Shown here: piece by piece, positions 50,710-63,790 of the stretch
Numbering within the stretch: the stretch's first letter is position 1
How the letters are laid out: every line of letters starts with the position of its first letter
Assembly (NCBI RefSeq): GCF_001194135.2
Contig: NC_068986.1
Location: 68,545,992 to 68,609,991, forward strand
Length of the DNA stretch: 64,000 bases
Source: Octopus bimaculoides
Lineage: Eukaryota
Direction of reading: 5' to 3'
Made by a program: the position numbers and the translations under genes
Notes under the pieces: generated by a model
What the model saw: the letters and a program-made list of their open reading frames with translations, nothing else
What the model was told of the DNA's origin: nothing
The model's database searches: none

Positions 50710-52101
50710 TCAGGTCATCCAATAAGCTCTGTCCAATTTTATCTTTTTTTAAATTGAATGAAATTTAATAGTATTTTAGAATGTGTAATGAAATTTAAAA
50801 TTATTTTTATGCATTTGTGTACATTTAAACTAATTAAATATTATTATAGAAGATGGTTTGCAAAATTCAGAAGTGGAGATTTCAGCCTTGAAGATGAAGA
50901 TCAAACAGGATGTCCAGTTGAGTTCGATGATAAGCTCCTTGAGGCATTACTTGAAGAAAATCCTGCATTATCAGTTGAAGAATAAAGCTTAGTTCAAACC
51001 ATACAACTGTTCATCGTNNNNNNNNNNNNNNNNNNNNNNNNNNNNNNNNNNNNNNNNNNNNNNNNNNNNNNNNNNNNNNNNNNNNNNNNNNNNNNNNNNN
51101 NNNNNNNNNNNNNNNNNNNNNNNNNNNNNNNNNNNNNNNNNNNNNNNNNNNNNNNNNNNNNNNNNNNNNNNNNNNNNNNNNNNNNNNNNNNNNNNNNNNN
51201 NNNNNNNNNNNNNNNNNNNNNNNNNNNNNNNNNNNNNNNNNNNNNNNNNNNNNNNNNNNNNNNNNNNNNNNNNNNNNNNNNNNNNNNNNNNNNNNNNNNN
51301 NNNNNNNNNNNNNNNNNNNNNNNNNNNNNNNNNNNNNNNNNNNNNNNNNNNNNNNNNNNNNNNNNNNNNNNNNNNNNNNNNNNNNNNNNNNNNNNNAAAA
51401 AGACCCGCTTTAGTGAATCGAAAAGGAGTGATGTTTCATCAGGACAATGCATGATCCCACACTGCAAAGGTCACATCACAGAAGATCAAAAAGCTTGGCT
51501 GAGAAAAAATTCCTCATCCACCTTATTCTCCTGACCTTGCTCCTTCAGACTACTATTTGTTTCGTAGTTTACAGAATCATTAGGGGGACATAACTTTTGC
51601 AAGCCAGGAGGAGGTCGAAACTGACATTTCAGAGTTCTTTGCTTTGAAACCAAAAGAGTTTTACATTGATGGGATTAAAAAGCTTGTAAATAGATGAAAG
51701 GCAGTCATGGATAATCAAGGAAAGTACATTGATGATTAAATTTCAATTAAATATAACATTTGATCACTTAAAGTAGTTGTATACTGCCAACTTAACGTGA
51801 CAGTCCCAATAAGGGAATATACTACTGCTGTTTAGCCCTAGGAAGCCGGACTGCTTCCTATTAGGCCAAGGGCACAGGAAGTGTGTCAAGGCCTAATAGG
51901 AAGCGGTCCAGCTTCCTAGGGTTAAACAGCAGTAGTATATTCTCTTATTGGGACTGTCACGTTAAGTTGGCAGTATACAACTACTTTATCGCATCACTAC
52001 TGCTTAAGTCTCTCTGAGAGATTTAGAAATTTATTATTTCTAATATTTGATCACTTGTTTTCTGTATTCAAAATTCAAACAGAACTTATGGGATGACCTG
52101 A
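50710..52101 (+). mobile_element. Second mariner transposon (different TIR), decayed, spans a gap
   Basis: TIRs tcaggtcatcc(a/c)ataag(c/t)tctgt with TA TSDs at 50708-09 and 52102-03. Fragments RWFAKFRSGDFSLED, FHQDNA, HPPYSPDLAPSDYYLF and NQGKYIDD contain in-frame stops. Confidence 0.93.
51770..52044. mobile_element. Fold-back (palindromic) non-autonomous element nested in the mariner 3' region
   Basis: 98-bp arms 51770-51867 and 51890-51987 with 4 mismatches; flanked by a 12-bp direct repeat atttgatcactt (51758-69 and 52045-56). Confidence 0.85.
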
Positions 52102-52968
52102 TATATATATCATCTTCAATGTAAATATTATAGTGACTAAAATTTTAAATACAATTTTTCTTATTATAAAAACAATTTACTATATGGAGCAATGAACTAT
52201 ATTAAATACTGATTATATCACCAAAATTAACCATATTTAATAATTCCAGCCAGCCATCTTCTCCACCCACTATTCCTGGAGTACTTAGGTGGGTTGGTAT
52301 CAAAAGTGTTAATATCTTCTTGGTTTTGCCTTATTAGCCTTTTGAAATGCTTTAGCAGGTGAAATTTCATTTAACTATATTCCTTGAAGATGCAGAAGTG
52401 TACCTCCACATAGATTTGTATTTACAGCTCACTCATTAGCAGAAACATCATTATTTTCAACTGTAAATGCAATACTAAAGTGGCTCTTCCAGAATCATAA
52501 GTCAAACAAAATTGCACCCATAAAAGTGTACTTGCAGGTTCAAAGGGTTAACCTGTTCATTAAAAGAGTATGAAGGAGAAGAATAATCAAAGAAAGAAAA
52601 CAAGGTAACGAAGAGAAAATGAAAGAAAGTTAAAGAAGTAAAAAAAGGATGAAAGTAGACTAAAAAAACATGAAGAAAATCTGAGAAAATAAAGAGGAAC
52701 CCAAGAAAAGAAAGAAAAACAAAATGATAAAGAAAAAAGAAAAGATCTTTAATCTGAGCCAATTTTACAGAAGACACATTTAAACAGAAATACAATATGT
52801 TCATCTTTTCTATATTTACATTTAGTATTTTCCAAACGAGAAAAAAAGAGATTAATCATCTTTTATATGTAGCACTGATTGCCAATATACACAACTGGGA
52901 TGAGCAATAGAGTACGACTTGATTGCCAATATATAAAATTCTGATAAGCAATAGAATAAGACTGATAG

Positions 52969-53042
<74 letters not shown>

Positions 53043-53074
53043 CACNNNNNNNNNNNNNNNNNNNNNNNNNNNNN

Positions 53075-53115
<41 letters not shown>

Positions 53116-53299
53116 TTTCTGTGTATTTGGTGGTTGAAGAAATAGATGGTATAGACAAATATTTCAATTTGGGAGGTGGGGTACTTATTTAGTTTCTATT
53201 TTTATGCGACCTGTAATAGAATCCGAAGACACTGAGAGCAACAAGATCATTGAAAATGTTTTCCCATTTATCAATGACATATTTTTACTTCATAGACAT

Positions 53300-53712
53300 G
53301 GGCACAGGCATCACTGTGTGGTAAGAAGCTTGCATCCCAACCACATGGTTTCAGGTTCAGACCCACAGCATGGTACCTTGAGCAGGTGCCTCCTACCATA
53401 GCCTCAGGTCAACCAAAGCCTTGTGAATGGATTTGGTAGAAAGAGACTGAAAGAAGTCCGCAATATATGTATATATGTATTTGTGTGTGAGTGTATCTCT
53501 GTGTCTGTATTTGTTCCACCACTACCACTGGACAACTGGTGTTGGTGTACCTATGTCCCTGTAATTTAGTGGTTCAGCCAAAGAGACTGATATAATAAGT
53601 ACCAAGCTTAAAAAGACAAAATACTGGGGTTGATTCATTTGACTAAAAACTTCTTCGAGGCAGGGCCTCAGCATGGCTGCAGTCTAATGACTGAAACAAG
53701 TAAAAGATAAAA
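53300..53712 (+). mobile_element. SINE family A (further copies at about 28005-28470, 32960-33305, 33940-34100, 40010-40130, 58205-58540, 58962-59035, 60250-60582)
   Basis: Shared head, core and tail motifs. Confidence 0.85.
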
Positions 53713-54924
53713 ATTTGTGAGTATGTGTGCACAAACACACACACGCATAATAAATGTGCAAACATAGTTGTATGGCTAAAGGCTTACTATACAACTACAG
53801 TTCCTGGTTCAATCCCACTCTGCAGCACCTCGGGTGAGTGCTTATCATAACCTTAGAATTGCATTTGGTAGACGGATTCTGTTCAGATACTTGTTGTGTA
53901 CGTGTATATGAGAGAGGGAGGGAGGGAGGTAGTGTGTGATTGCATATGTTTATGTTTGCACTGATTAAAAACAAAACACTGCACTAACTCCACTCATTTC
54001 TTTTCCTCCAAGTCCAAGAGGACATCAAACAATGCATTGTACAAACCAGAGTTGCAGAATAAATATTTAGATCTATAGATAAAAGTATCAATGGCAAAAC
54101 AATAGAATGTGTATAGATTTCACAAGGCTTTTGTTGAAGAAGTTCCTTACCCAGGAACACAGACTTCAATGACTAGAATCTAAAGAAAGAATACTGTATT
54201 ATTATTATAGTGTACCACCAGGGTTAGCTTTGTGTTTTATATACCTTTGTTCATAAAATAAATATACTGGAAGGCATTACAATTGGATAAGTAGAAGAAT
54301 AATACAAATGATACACTGCTGTCACTAAATGTCTGACAATATAATGTTCATTCAACTCTTATGAATACAGATTCTGAGTTTTTATTTTTTAATCTATAAT
54401 GGTGGCAGTTGGTGAAGAAATAAATCCCAGTAATATACTGTGAGTCAATTTAGTTAACTATATCTCTCCTACAAAAACTGGCTTCAAATCAATGTCAGAA
54501 ATGATTTTTAATAAAAGTCTTGACATTATATTTCCAGGTACTCACTGTAGTCTACAGAAACTTTCTTCTATTCTATTGATGTATTTTCTTAACCTTCCTG
54601 AATGGTATTCTCATTCTCTACCTGCACTGCCAATATTTGATTATTTAAAATGTAAATCTTCTGTCAAATAGCTAGCAATATAGCTATAAATCTTGCATGT
54701 ACACATGCTGCATATCTGTTTGTTGTTTCCTTATATATACACACACACGCACACACGAAACTGGCAACATTTTCTTGCTTTTCCAGTTTATCAAGGACAT
54801 AGAGCAAATATCATTTCAGTTACAAATCATACTTCCAAGATTTTAAAGTTTAAGGTCTTTACTGTAATGAAAGTCATTTATCTCTTCACATTTGCTCCAA
54901 TTTAAATAATAAAATAAGAACAAT

Positions 54925-55235
54925 ACAGCAGTAATCCCTCAACTATAGCAGGTATTACATTCCACCCCCACCCCTGCAATAGGAGAAAATCTGCGAAGTA
55001 GAAACAATACTGTATTTTTTTTTTTTTTAGTATTTTTATAATTTTTATAAATTTTGTATGTGTATTTGGTGTGCAAGATTCTTGATGTGAATACGTGTGT
55101 TGAAAGAAATACTATTAAACCTTGGGAGAGGCATTATGCCAGTAATAAACACACGCACTGGTTCGGTCCTTTATTTATTTATAAACAGTTTTTATTTTTT
55201 TATTTATTTTTTTTTTTGTTAAATCATTTCATTGC
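54925..55235 (+). mobile_element. Possible pogo/Tigger-like DNA element end, running into a gap
   Basis: Starts tacagcagtaatccctcaactatagcagg (CAGT..CCCTC-type TIR after TA); the other end is not seen. Confidence 0.35.
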
Positions 55236-55960
55236 NNNNNNNNNNNNNNNNNNNNNNNNNNNNNNNNNNNNNNNNNNNNNNNNNNNNNNNNNNNNNNNNN
55301 NNNNNNNNNNNNNNNNNNNNNNNNNNNNNNNNNNNNNNNNNNNNNNNNNNNNNNNNNNNNNNNNNNNNNNNNNNNNNNNNNNNNNNNNNNNNNNNNNNNN
55401 NNNNNNNNNNNNNNNNNNNNNNNNNNNNNNNNNNNNNNNNNNNNNNNNNNNNNNNNNNNNNNNNNNNNNNNNNNNNNNNNNNNNNNNNNNNNNNNNNNNN
55501 NNNNNNNNNNNNNNNNNNNNNNNNNNNNNNNNNNNNNNNNNNNNNNNNNNNNNNNNNNNNNNNNNNNNNNNNNNNNNNNNNNNNNNNNNNNNNNNNNNNN
55601 NNNNNNNNNNNNNNNNNNNNNNNNNNNNNNNNNNNNNNNNNNNNNNNNNNNNNNNNNNNNNNNNNNNNNNNNNNNNNNNNNNNNNNNNNNNNNNNNNNNN
55701 NNNNNNNNNNNNNNNNNNNNNNNNNNNNNNNNNNNNNNNNNNNNNNNNNNNNNNNNNNNNNNNNNNNNNNNNNNNNNNNNNNNNNNNNNNNNNNNNNNNN
55801 NNNNNNNNNNNNNNNNNNNNNNNNNNNNNNNNNNNNNNNNNNNNNNNNNNNNNNNNNNNNNNNNNNNNNNNGACACCACACACTCGCCTCCTGAGTTTCG
55901 TTTTCCATACAGTATGTGTGATTCTTTATTTACTCGGCTATGGTACACTATATATTTTCT

Positions 55961-56082
55961 TCTAATATATTTTAATTAATGTGTTATACAGTACAGTACT
56001 GTACTGTATGTGTATTAATTTATTAATTTTGGGGCATGAAAACGCTAATTTTATCACAGAAATAATTAAAATCTAAAAAAAA
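55961..56082 (+). repeat. 122-bp sequence with an exact inverted copy at 59037-59158
   Basis: Identical in reverse complement; contains the 22-bp palindrome tacagtacagtactgtactgta. Confidence 0.9.
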
Positions 56083-56484
56083 CCAACCAACACCATCACC
56101 AACTGGCATGTGTGTCACACTTGGATGACAATATAGTAAACACTTCATCTAAATGTGATTTTTGTATCATAAAAAGAAAATTTTCCTCCATCTGACGAAT
56201 TTCTAATAGCGCATTCCTTACATGTCTATCTAATATGTAAATCATTGTAATTCCTATTAGCAAAAGAAACATGTGTAATGGGGAATAAATAATACCAAAA
56301 CATTTCCACTTCCCTGTTTTGTTATACAATAACTCTGCAAATAATATTTCCATAATTCTCAATTTTAACATGTATTTTGACTGACATATGGCAGCAACTA
56401 TGGATACATACTGATTACAATAATGGAATAAGTAGATGTGCTTCAAGATGAAACAGTTGGGATTTACCCTAACTGCATAACACA

Positions 56485-56507
56485 TAGACAGATAGATAAG
56501 TAGATAG

Positions 56508-56564
<57 letters not shown>

Positions 56565-56701
56565 CAGACAGATAGATAGATATGGACAGACAGACAGACA
56601 GATAGATATGGACAGACAGACAGATAGATAGATATGGACAGACAGACAGACAGATAGATATGGACAGACAGACAGATAGACAGACAGACAGATAGACAAA
56701 C

Positions 56702-56747
<46 letters not shown>

Positions 56748-56760
56748 GTAGACAGATAGA
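56485..56760. repeat. (GATA)n/(GACA)n compound microsatellite with higher-order gatatggacagacaga units
   Basis: Directly visible. Confidence 0.95.
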
Positions 56761-57312
56761 TGTCAAGTTACTTGTGAGGTCTCTCATGAATGCTACTCAT
56801 AGCATGGAAATCTAGTACAACCCTTTGTATGGTCAGGTCATGAGCACTTATACCAGCAGCTCCACCAGGTTAGCCTGGTGAAAAGGGTTGTTAGAAACCC
56901 AGGAGGACTAAAAATAAGACCTGTCAAAAGAATGGATGAACCTAGTGTTAATTCAACAACTATCTAGCAACAACATGGACTCTTAAAAATTCCGAGTTGG
57001 TATTCAGCATGCTGGAAGACCACAGGAAGTGAGGAGCCTCTCAACATTTATTAAAGCATATCTCTAAAAGAATGTCACTCAGATATAAAACCAGATATGT
57101 AGGGAGTGGTATTGGACATTTTGCGAATATTTTTGTTTGAGTTTGAGATCATGGCACTTCCACACTAGCCTGTGATGTATATTAGCACTAGATATTGTTT
57201 CAGCTTGTCTCTGGATTATGTCAATAGGGCAGAGAAGGTCTATGAGGTGCTGTACAAGACTTATTGAACTTAAGATTTTGCACACACTGTGTCAGTGATG
57301 ATCATATATGTG

Positions 57313-57342
<30 letters not shown>

Positions 57343-57343
<1 letters not shown>

Positions 57344-57660
57344 TACGTCAAGATCACCAGCATTCTATCTCCCACACACAGCCCCTCGTTCTTCGATCAC
57401 CGTTTGTTATCTCCCCCTTTTCTTAGCTCTCCTGAAAAAAGAATTTCTAACTTCCGGTCAGCCATTATTAGCCATTATTATGATTGACCGTTGACTGAAC
57501 ACTATTCAATTTTTTTTCTCCGTGTCTCCGTATTCTTTCTGTTGAAGAGCGTAGCTCGAAACGTCAAAGACTTTCCGTATTCCCGAGCGTCATACTAATA
57601 CATCCTTTTGTTATTTACACCACCTGTCCTTGTCTGTTGTTGTTTTTTCGTACATTCTCG
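57343..57660 (+). mobile_element. Penelope-like terminal repeat fragment
   Basis: Carries ctgttgaagagcgtagctcgaaacgtc, a PLE-type CTGnnGA...GAAA motif; about 200 bp are near-identical in reverse to 30131-30330. Confidence 0.55.
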
Positions 57661-60600
57661 CATATATATATATATATATAGGCAAATCCAAGATAAAAAC
57701 AACAAAAGTCAAAAGGACATACACAGTGAATATAATAGGTTGATGTTCAGCATAAGATGGAAAAAAGAGTGGGATGTTATGTTTTGAGCATAGCTCATCA
57801 TCAGACAGAGAAAAAGGTCTGTATACACACACACACACACAACACAAACTTCTTTCAGTTTTTTGTCTACCACAACCACTTACAAGGCTTTGGTCTAGAA
57901 TAGAAGACAATTGTCCAAGGTGCTGTACAGTAGAACTGAACTCAAGACCACAGGGTTTTAAACAAAGTGTACATAAAGAAATATATACAAATGTTTCTAA
58001 AATCCATAAAAGAGTATATTCCAACATAATGACTTTCTTACTATGATTAGTTATTCAAAAGGTTACATGCAACCTTAAGGTTGCAGGTTTCCACCTCTCA
58101 AGCTAATCTATAGTTCATATATTGCTTTATTTTTCTAACTTGGATTGAGTAGGTACGGTAGTGCCTATGGGTATTTCAGGTCTCCTTATAGTAATGAAAT
58201 ATTTAAAAAGTATGCTTGGTTGTATGGTAAGAAGCTAGCTGCCCAACCACATGGTTTCAAGTTCAGTCCCATTCTGTGGCATCTTGGGCAAGTGTCTTCT
58301 ACTATAGCCTCGGGCTGACCAAAACCTTTTGAATAGGTTTNNNNNNNNNNCTGCCTTTTGACAACTGGTGATGGTTTGTTTACAGCCCTGGAACTTAGCA
58401 GTTCAGCAAAAGAGACCAACAGAATAAGTACTGGACTTAAAAATAAGTACTGGGGTTGATTTGTTTGACTAAAAACTCTTCCAGGTGGTGCCCCACCATG
58501 GCTGCAGTCTAATGACTAAAACAAGTGACAGATGGAAGATAAATTTATAAACTTTTCTGTTTTTAGAATATTTTACATCCAGAAGTAGAATAATGAATGA
58601 AATGATAAATAGGGAGAGCTTCTAACAGTGCAGAAAGTTTTTAAAAACAAATCTTTAAATTTTGGGCACAAAATATAAAGGTTGATTCATTTGACTAAAC
58701 CCTTCAAGGCAGATCTCCAACATGACCACAGTCAATGACTGAAACAAGTACATCTGTATACTCTTTTACTGGTTTTACTCATTGGAATGCAGTCTTGCTG
58801 GGATACTGTATTAATGCTTTAAAGTCTGGTTGTTATTCTATCAAACTTTTTGCCAAACTGCTAGGTTACAGGGAGGTAAACACACTGTCAAGCAGTAGTG
58901 AGAGACAAACACATATGATGGGCACCAGCACTGTTTTTCTTTTCCAAATTCATTCACAAGGCGTAGGAGTGGCTGTGTGGTAAGTAGCTTGCTTACCAAC
59001 TACATGGTTCTGAGTTCAGTCCCACTGCGTGGCAACTTTTTTTTAGATTTTAATTATTTCTGTGATAAAATTAGCGTTTTCATGCCCCAAAATTAATAAA
59101 TTAATACACATACAGTACAGTACTGTACTGTATAACACATTAATTAAAATATATTAGANNNNNNNNNNNNNNNNNNNNNNNNNNNNNNNNNNNNNNNNNN
59201 NNNNNNNNNNNNNNNNNNNNNNNNNNNNNNNNNNNNNNNNNNNNNNNNNNNNNNNNNNNNNNNNNNNNNNNNNNNNNNNNNNNNNNNNNNNNNNNNNNNN
59301 NNNNNNNNNNNNNNNNNNNNNNNNNNNNNNNNNNNNNNNNNNNNNNNNNNNNNNNNNNNNNNNNNNNNNNNNNNNNNNNNNNNNNNNNNNNNNNNNNNNN
59401 NNNNNNNNNNNNNNNNNNNNNNNNNNNNNNNNNNNNNNNNNNNNNNNNNNNNNNNNNNNNNNNNNNNNNNNNNNNNNNNNNNNNNNNNNNNNNNNNNNNN
59501 NNNNNNNNNNNNNNNNNNNNNNNNNNNNNNNNNNNNNNNNNNNNNNNNNNNNNNNNNNNNNNNNNNNNNNNNNNNNNNNNNNNNNNNNNNNNNNNNNNNN
59601 NNNNNNNNNNNNNNNNNNNNNNNNNNNNNNNNNNNNNNNNNNNNNNNNNNNNNNNNNNNNNNNNNNNNNNNNNNNNNNNNNNNNNNNNNNNNNNNNNNNN
59701 NNNNNNNNNNNNNNNNNNNNNNNNNNNNNNNNNNNNNNNNNNNNNNNNNNNNNNNNNNNNNNNNNNNNNNNNNNNNNNNNNNNNNNNNNNNNNNNNNNNN
59801 NNNNNNNNNNNNNNNNNNNNNNNNNNNNNNNNNNNNNNNNNNNNNNNNNNNNNNNNNNNNNNNNNNNNNNNNNNNNNNNNNNNNNNNNNNNNNNNNNNNN
59901 NNNNNNNNNNNNNNNNNNNNNNNNNNNNNNNNNNNNNNNNNNNNNNNNNNNNNNNNNNNNNNNNNNNNNNNNNNNNNNNNNNAGAGAGAGATGGACAGAG
60001 AAGTTGTGTTTTTCTGGTATCATTACTGTTCATTTCTTAAAAAATAGTATTGATTTTTTTTCTTTTCAACCCATCAAGGCAGCAGCCACTTTCTCATGTG
60101 TGTTGAAAGTTTATTATTCTGATATATGCATTCACTGAGAAATTAGTGCAGAAGTGAGAAAATGAAGTATTGTATGCTACCTTTGATTTGCTGTTTCATG
60201 GCTCTGAGTTTAAATTACATAGTAAGTTTGGACATTCATTCGTTGAAAGTTGGCTTCCCAGCCACATGGTTTCATGGGTTCAGTTCCACTGCATGGCACC
60301 TTTGGCAAGTGTCTTCTGCAATAGCTCCAGGACAACCAAAGCCATGTGAGTAAATTTGATAGACGGAAACTGAAAGAAGCCTGTTGGTGCGCGTGTATGT
60401 CGACAACTTAACAACTGGTTTGTTTACATCTCTGTAACTTAGCAGTTCAGCAAAAGGACCCAACAGAAAAAGTACCAGATTTTTAAAATAAGTACTGGGA
60501 TCAATTTCTTTGACTAAAACCCTTCAAAGTGGTGCTCCAGCATGGTCACAGTCCAATGACAGAAACAACTAAAAGATAAAAGAACATGCATATCAATAAT

Positions 60601-60667
60601 TCTACAAGGAGTAAAATTTAAATGGATGCCAACTAAGAAGGAACCAACTCGATCATTTTCTATTTAA

Positions 60668-61021
60668 CTCTTTAGCATTTACACAAGCCATATCCAGCCA
60701 AACTATTCTACATGTTTTTATGTTCAAACTGGCCAGATCTGGCCTCTCCCAGCTATCCTATAATGTCATCAACATCATCATCATCATCATTTAACATCCA
60801 TTTTCCATGCTGGCATAGATTGGACAGTTTGACAGAAGCTGATCAGGCTTCATGTCTGTTTTGGCATGGTTTCTATGGCTGGATGCCCTTCCTAATGCCA
60901 ACGTCATTCTAAAAATAAACAATCACATCATCAAAATCTCAAAGCAACAAGATAATGTTTGATTAATTCAAAATAATATGAATTAATGAGTAAGCCTTAC
61001 ATTTGACAGAATACGAAAGGG
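60668..61021. mobile_element. piggyBac-type MITE with a nested SINE family C fragment
   Basis: ttaa|ctctttagcattt ... gaaaggg|ttaa; SINE C tail in reverse at about 60770-60900. Confidence 0.6.
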
Positions 61022-62492
61022 TTAATACAATGAAATTCCTCTAAGATATGAAATGGCTGAGAAGATAAGGTTCTGAACCACCAACACATCATGAGTTCAA
61101 ATCCTCTGTAGGAGTTATGTTTCAGGTCAAAGCATTTAATTCTACAGTGCCACAGTTCTGGAAACAGGTAGTAGGTTACTAGGTTATTCTGACAAAGTTA
61201 CTTCCAATAAATTAGTGTCCTTTCCAGAAGTCATCATCTCTTCCTTACTTAATAGGAAGTGGGGTTTAGCCGTGTAGTCAAAAGTCCACTTCACGAGTAC
61301 ATAGTCTCAAGTTTCATCTCATTGCATAGCACTTTGGAGAAGTGTCATCTACAGTAGTTTCAAACTGATCAATATCCGTTTGAGTAGAATGGCAGGCAGA
61401 AACAGTATAAACAGTATATGCGCGCGCGTGCGTGCGTGTGTTTATATCAGTGTAGGGTGAGAACTGGTACATTCAAACAGAAATGCCATGCAGTCTTTAA
61501 GTTTGATTAAATTATTTCTTATAATGTCAATATTGATTTTACATTTTGTAGCTTATGGCACCAATAAAATAAGTACCACACAAACTACTTGAGTTGTTAT
61601 AGTTGACTAAAAACCATTAAAGGTAGTGCGTCAGTAGGACTGCAGTCCAATCAGTAAACTAGTAAAAAAAATATAGGAATCGATGCTATAAAAACACGAA
61701 TTAAGCTCTTTGAATTTGCAGCACATTTCCATTTTTATGATAAGATGACTGGAGTAAAATATGCTTCATTGAATTTATACAATGCATGTGAGATGACTTT
61801 AAACCCTGACCTAGTGTCTCAGCCACTTGTACCACTGTACCTGCAGATCATTGCCACTGCCACCATCATCATCATCATCATTCTTATATAATGTGCTTGC
61901 ATAAATCAAACAGAATTTTGTTGAGACAAATTTTCTATGTGAAGATGCCGATGGCCTTCCTGTCACCAACTTTCACCTGTTTCCAGGTAAGGTAATATTT
62001 CCCCGTGGCCAGAGGTGTTTTTCACAGAAGACTAGAGATGAACAACATTGCTTGTATGACGATGATGTTCGTTTATAGTAGCCATCATGTGATGTCAAGA
62101 ATATATGGGAGGTGGAATAGAGGATTGGAGAGTGTGAATGAGTCAGTAAGTAAATTCATGAGAGTGTGAAAAGAGAGAAGTAAATGGATAGAGATGGGGT
62201 AGAGGGAAATGCATTAGTCAACACAGGTAGATGGAGGGTGGGAATTGAGAAGTGGAATTGTAGGAGTGGGTGTTAAGAAGATGAGCTGAGGTGGGGAGAG
62301 TAACTGCATTGATGAGTTTATGTTTGAATTAAAAAAAAACAGAAGAGGAATGGTGAAAAGGCTAACAAATACCTACATAAGTTATAGAAGGGCTTATTCA
62401 AGAAGTTGTTTCTATGTCAGACTCAGCAGAAAATTCATGTCTATGTATTTGTTTTGCAAGATATCAGATGTGAAATCATGTGTTAAAACAGA

Positions 62493-62697
62493 TATTATTA
62501 TATTTGGGTATGGTTATATTTTGCCAGACTAAACAGAACAAGAGAAGACACATGGGATAAAGAGTCACTGAAAAGGTCACAGGATGTATGATGAAAGTGC
62601 TTAGATGAAGGACACTGAAATAATAATAAAACTGAAGTGAAGACCAAATGCACGTGTCTAATTGGCAAAAATATGACCATCCCCAAATATAATAATA
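62493..62697. mobile_element. Internally deleted copy of the 31384-31750 MITE
   Basis: Same terminal inverted repeats; retains only the right-hand internal half. Confidence 0.75.
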
Positions 62698-63229
62698 TCA
62701 GCAGAAAATGTTTTAATTTAAAATAACAATAATAATAATTCTATTTTCTGAATCTATTAACAAATACCTTGCTCGTAGTTTGAGAACCTAGAATTGACTC
62801 TGTTAAGTAGATTGGCAGCCACAGATATTGAAAACTTGAAATAGAGTTCATATTTGGAAATGAGAAGAGTTTAATTGTGAAATAGCAAAATCCAGAATTT
62901 CAGGAACTTGATCTGTCATTAGGAGTGTAAACAGCTGGTCCTGTTAAGTGATAAGGTATGCAATTATGAGCTTATGTTGAACTCCGAGTTAATGCCCTAC
63001 AAAGATCAAGGAGTAATTTGGTCAACTAAAAAGAGATGAGTCCTGTTTAATGCTCTGTGCCAACTAATTAAAAATAACAATAACCTCGAGTTTTTAACTG
63101 TCACAGAAAGAGTCCTAACTGAAACACCAGGAAGTAATAACGTGTGAAAACACAGTGTAAAATGTTCACAAAGGAAATAAACCAGAATATTATGAATCAA
63201 TGAGAAAATGTGTGAGCAGTCCTTCAGCT

Positions 63230-63400
63230 AGAAATAGCAGCCAAATCTCGTTCAACACAAAATCTTACAATCTTTAAAAAAGAAAAAAAAAAAAAAGAAT
63301 ATTTGGTAATGAAGTCCTTGATATACTGTACCTAAAAAAAGGATATGTCATGGCTGGAATGTGGATCATAGGTTTGCTTGATCAGAACTGACCTGAGGTT
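63230..63400 (+). mobile_element. Dispersed repeat family D (ctagaaatagcagccaaatctc...); copies at about 5340-5530 -, 10200-10380, 19060-19140, 22800-22920, 24405-24965, 26110-26280 -
   Basis: Recurrent motifs ctagaaatagcag, ggataatgtagtcc and gatcatagg...gggctgac across copies. Confidence 0.7.
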
Positions 63401-63479
63401 CCTCCTAAGGATCTCTAGAGTAACATTACTCAACAGGGTGTGTGGTTCGGAGATCTTGGAGTCACTCCAAGTTGAGCTA

Positions 63480-63790
63480 CTATTCTTCTGCATTGAAAGT
63501 CACATCTCTGGTACTGTGAACATGTGATTTGAATGTCGCAGGAAAGAATCACAAGCCAGATTCTTCAAGCTGAGCCAACCAGCAGAAGACTTAGGGGTCG
63601 ACCAAGAATGAGATGGTTGGATGATATCCACAGTCTCAGTGGGTCATGCTTGGGAATCAAACTAGAAAGTCTTAATGACAATTGCTTCTGATAGGACCCT
63701 ATAAAGGATGTGCTTGAGTTCTACCCCTCCTCCATCCAACCATGACCCTGCCAGGAAAAGTAAGCAGAGAAGATGAATGGATGGGTGGGT
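63480..63790 (+). mobile_element. Decayed RTE LINE 3' fragment, same family as 20800-21180
   Basis: LWYCEHVI*MSQERITSQILQAEPTSRRLRGRPRMRWLDDI. Confidence 0.75.
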
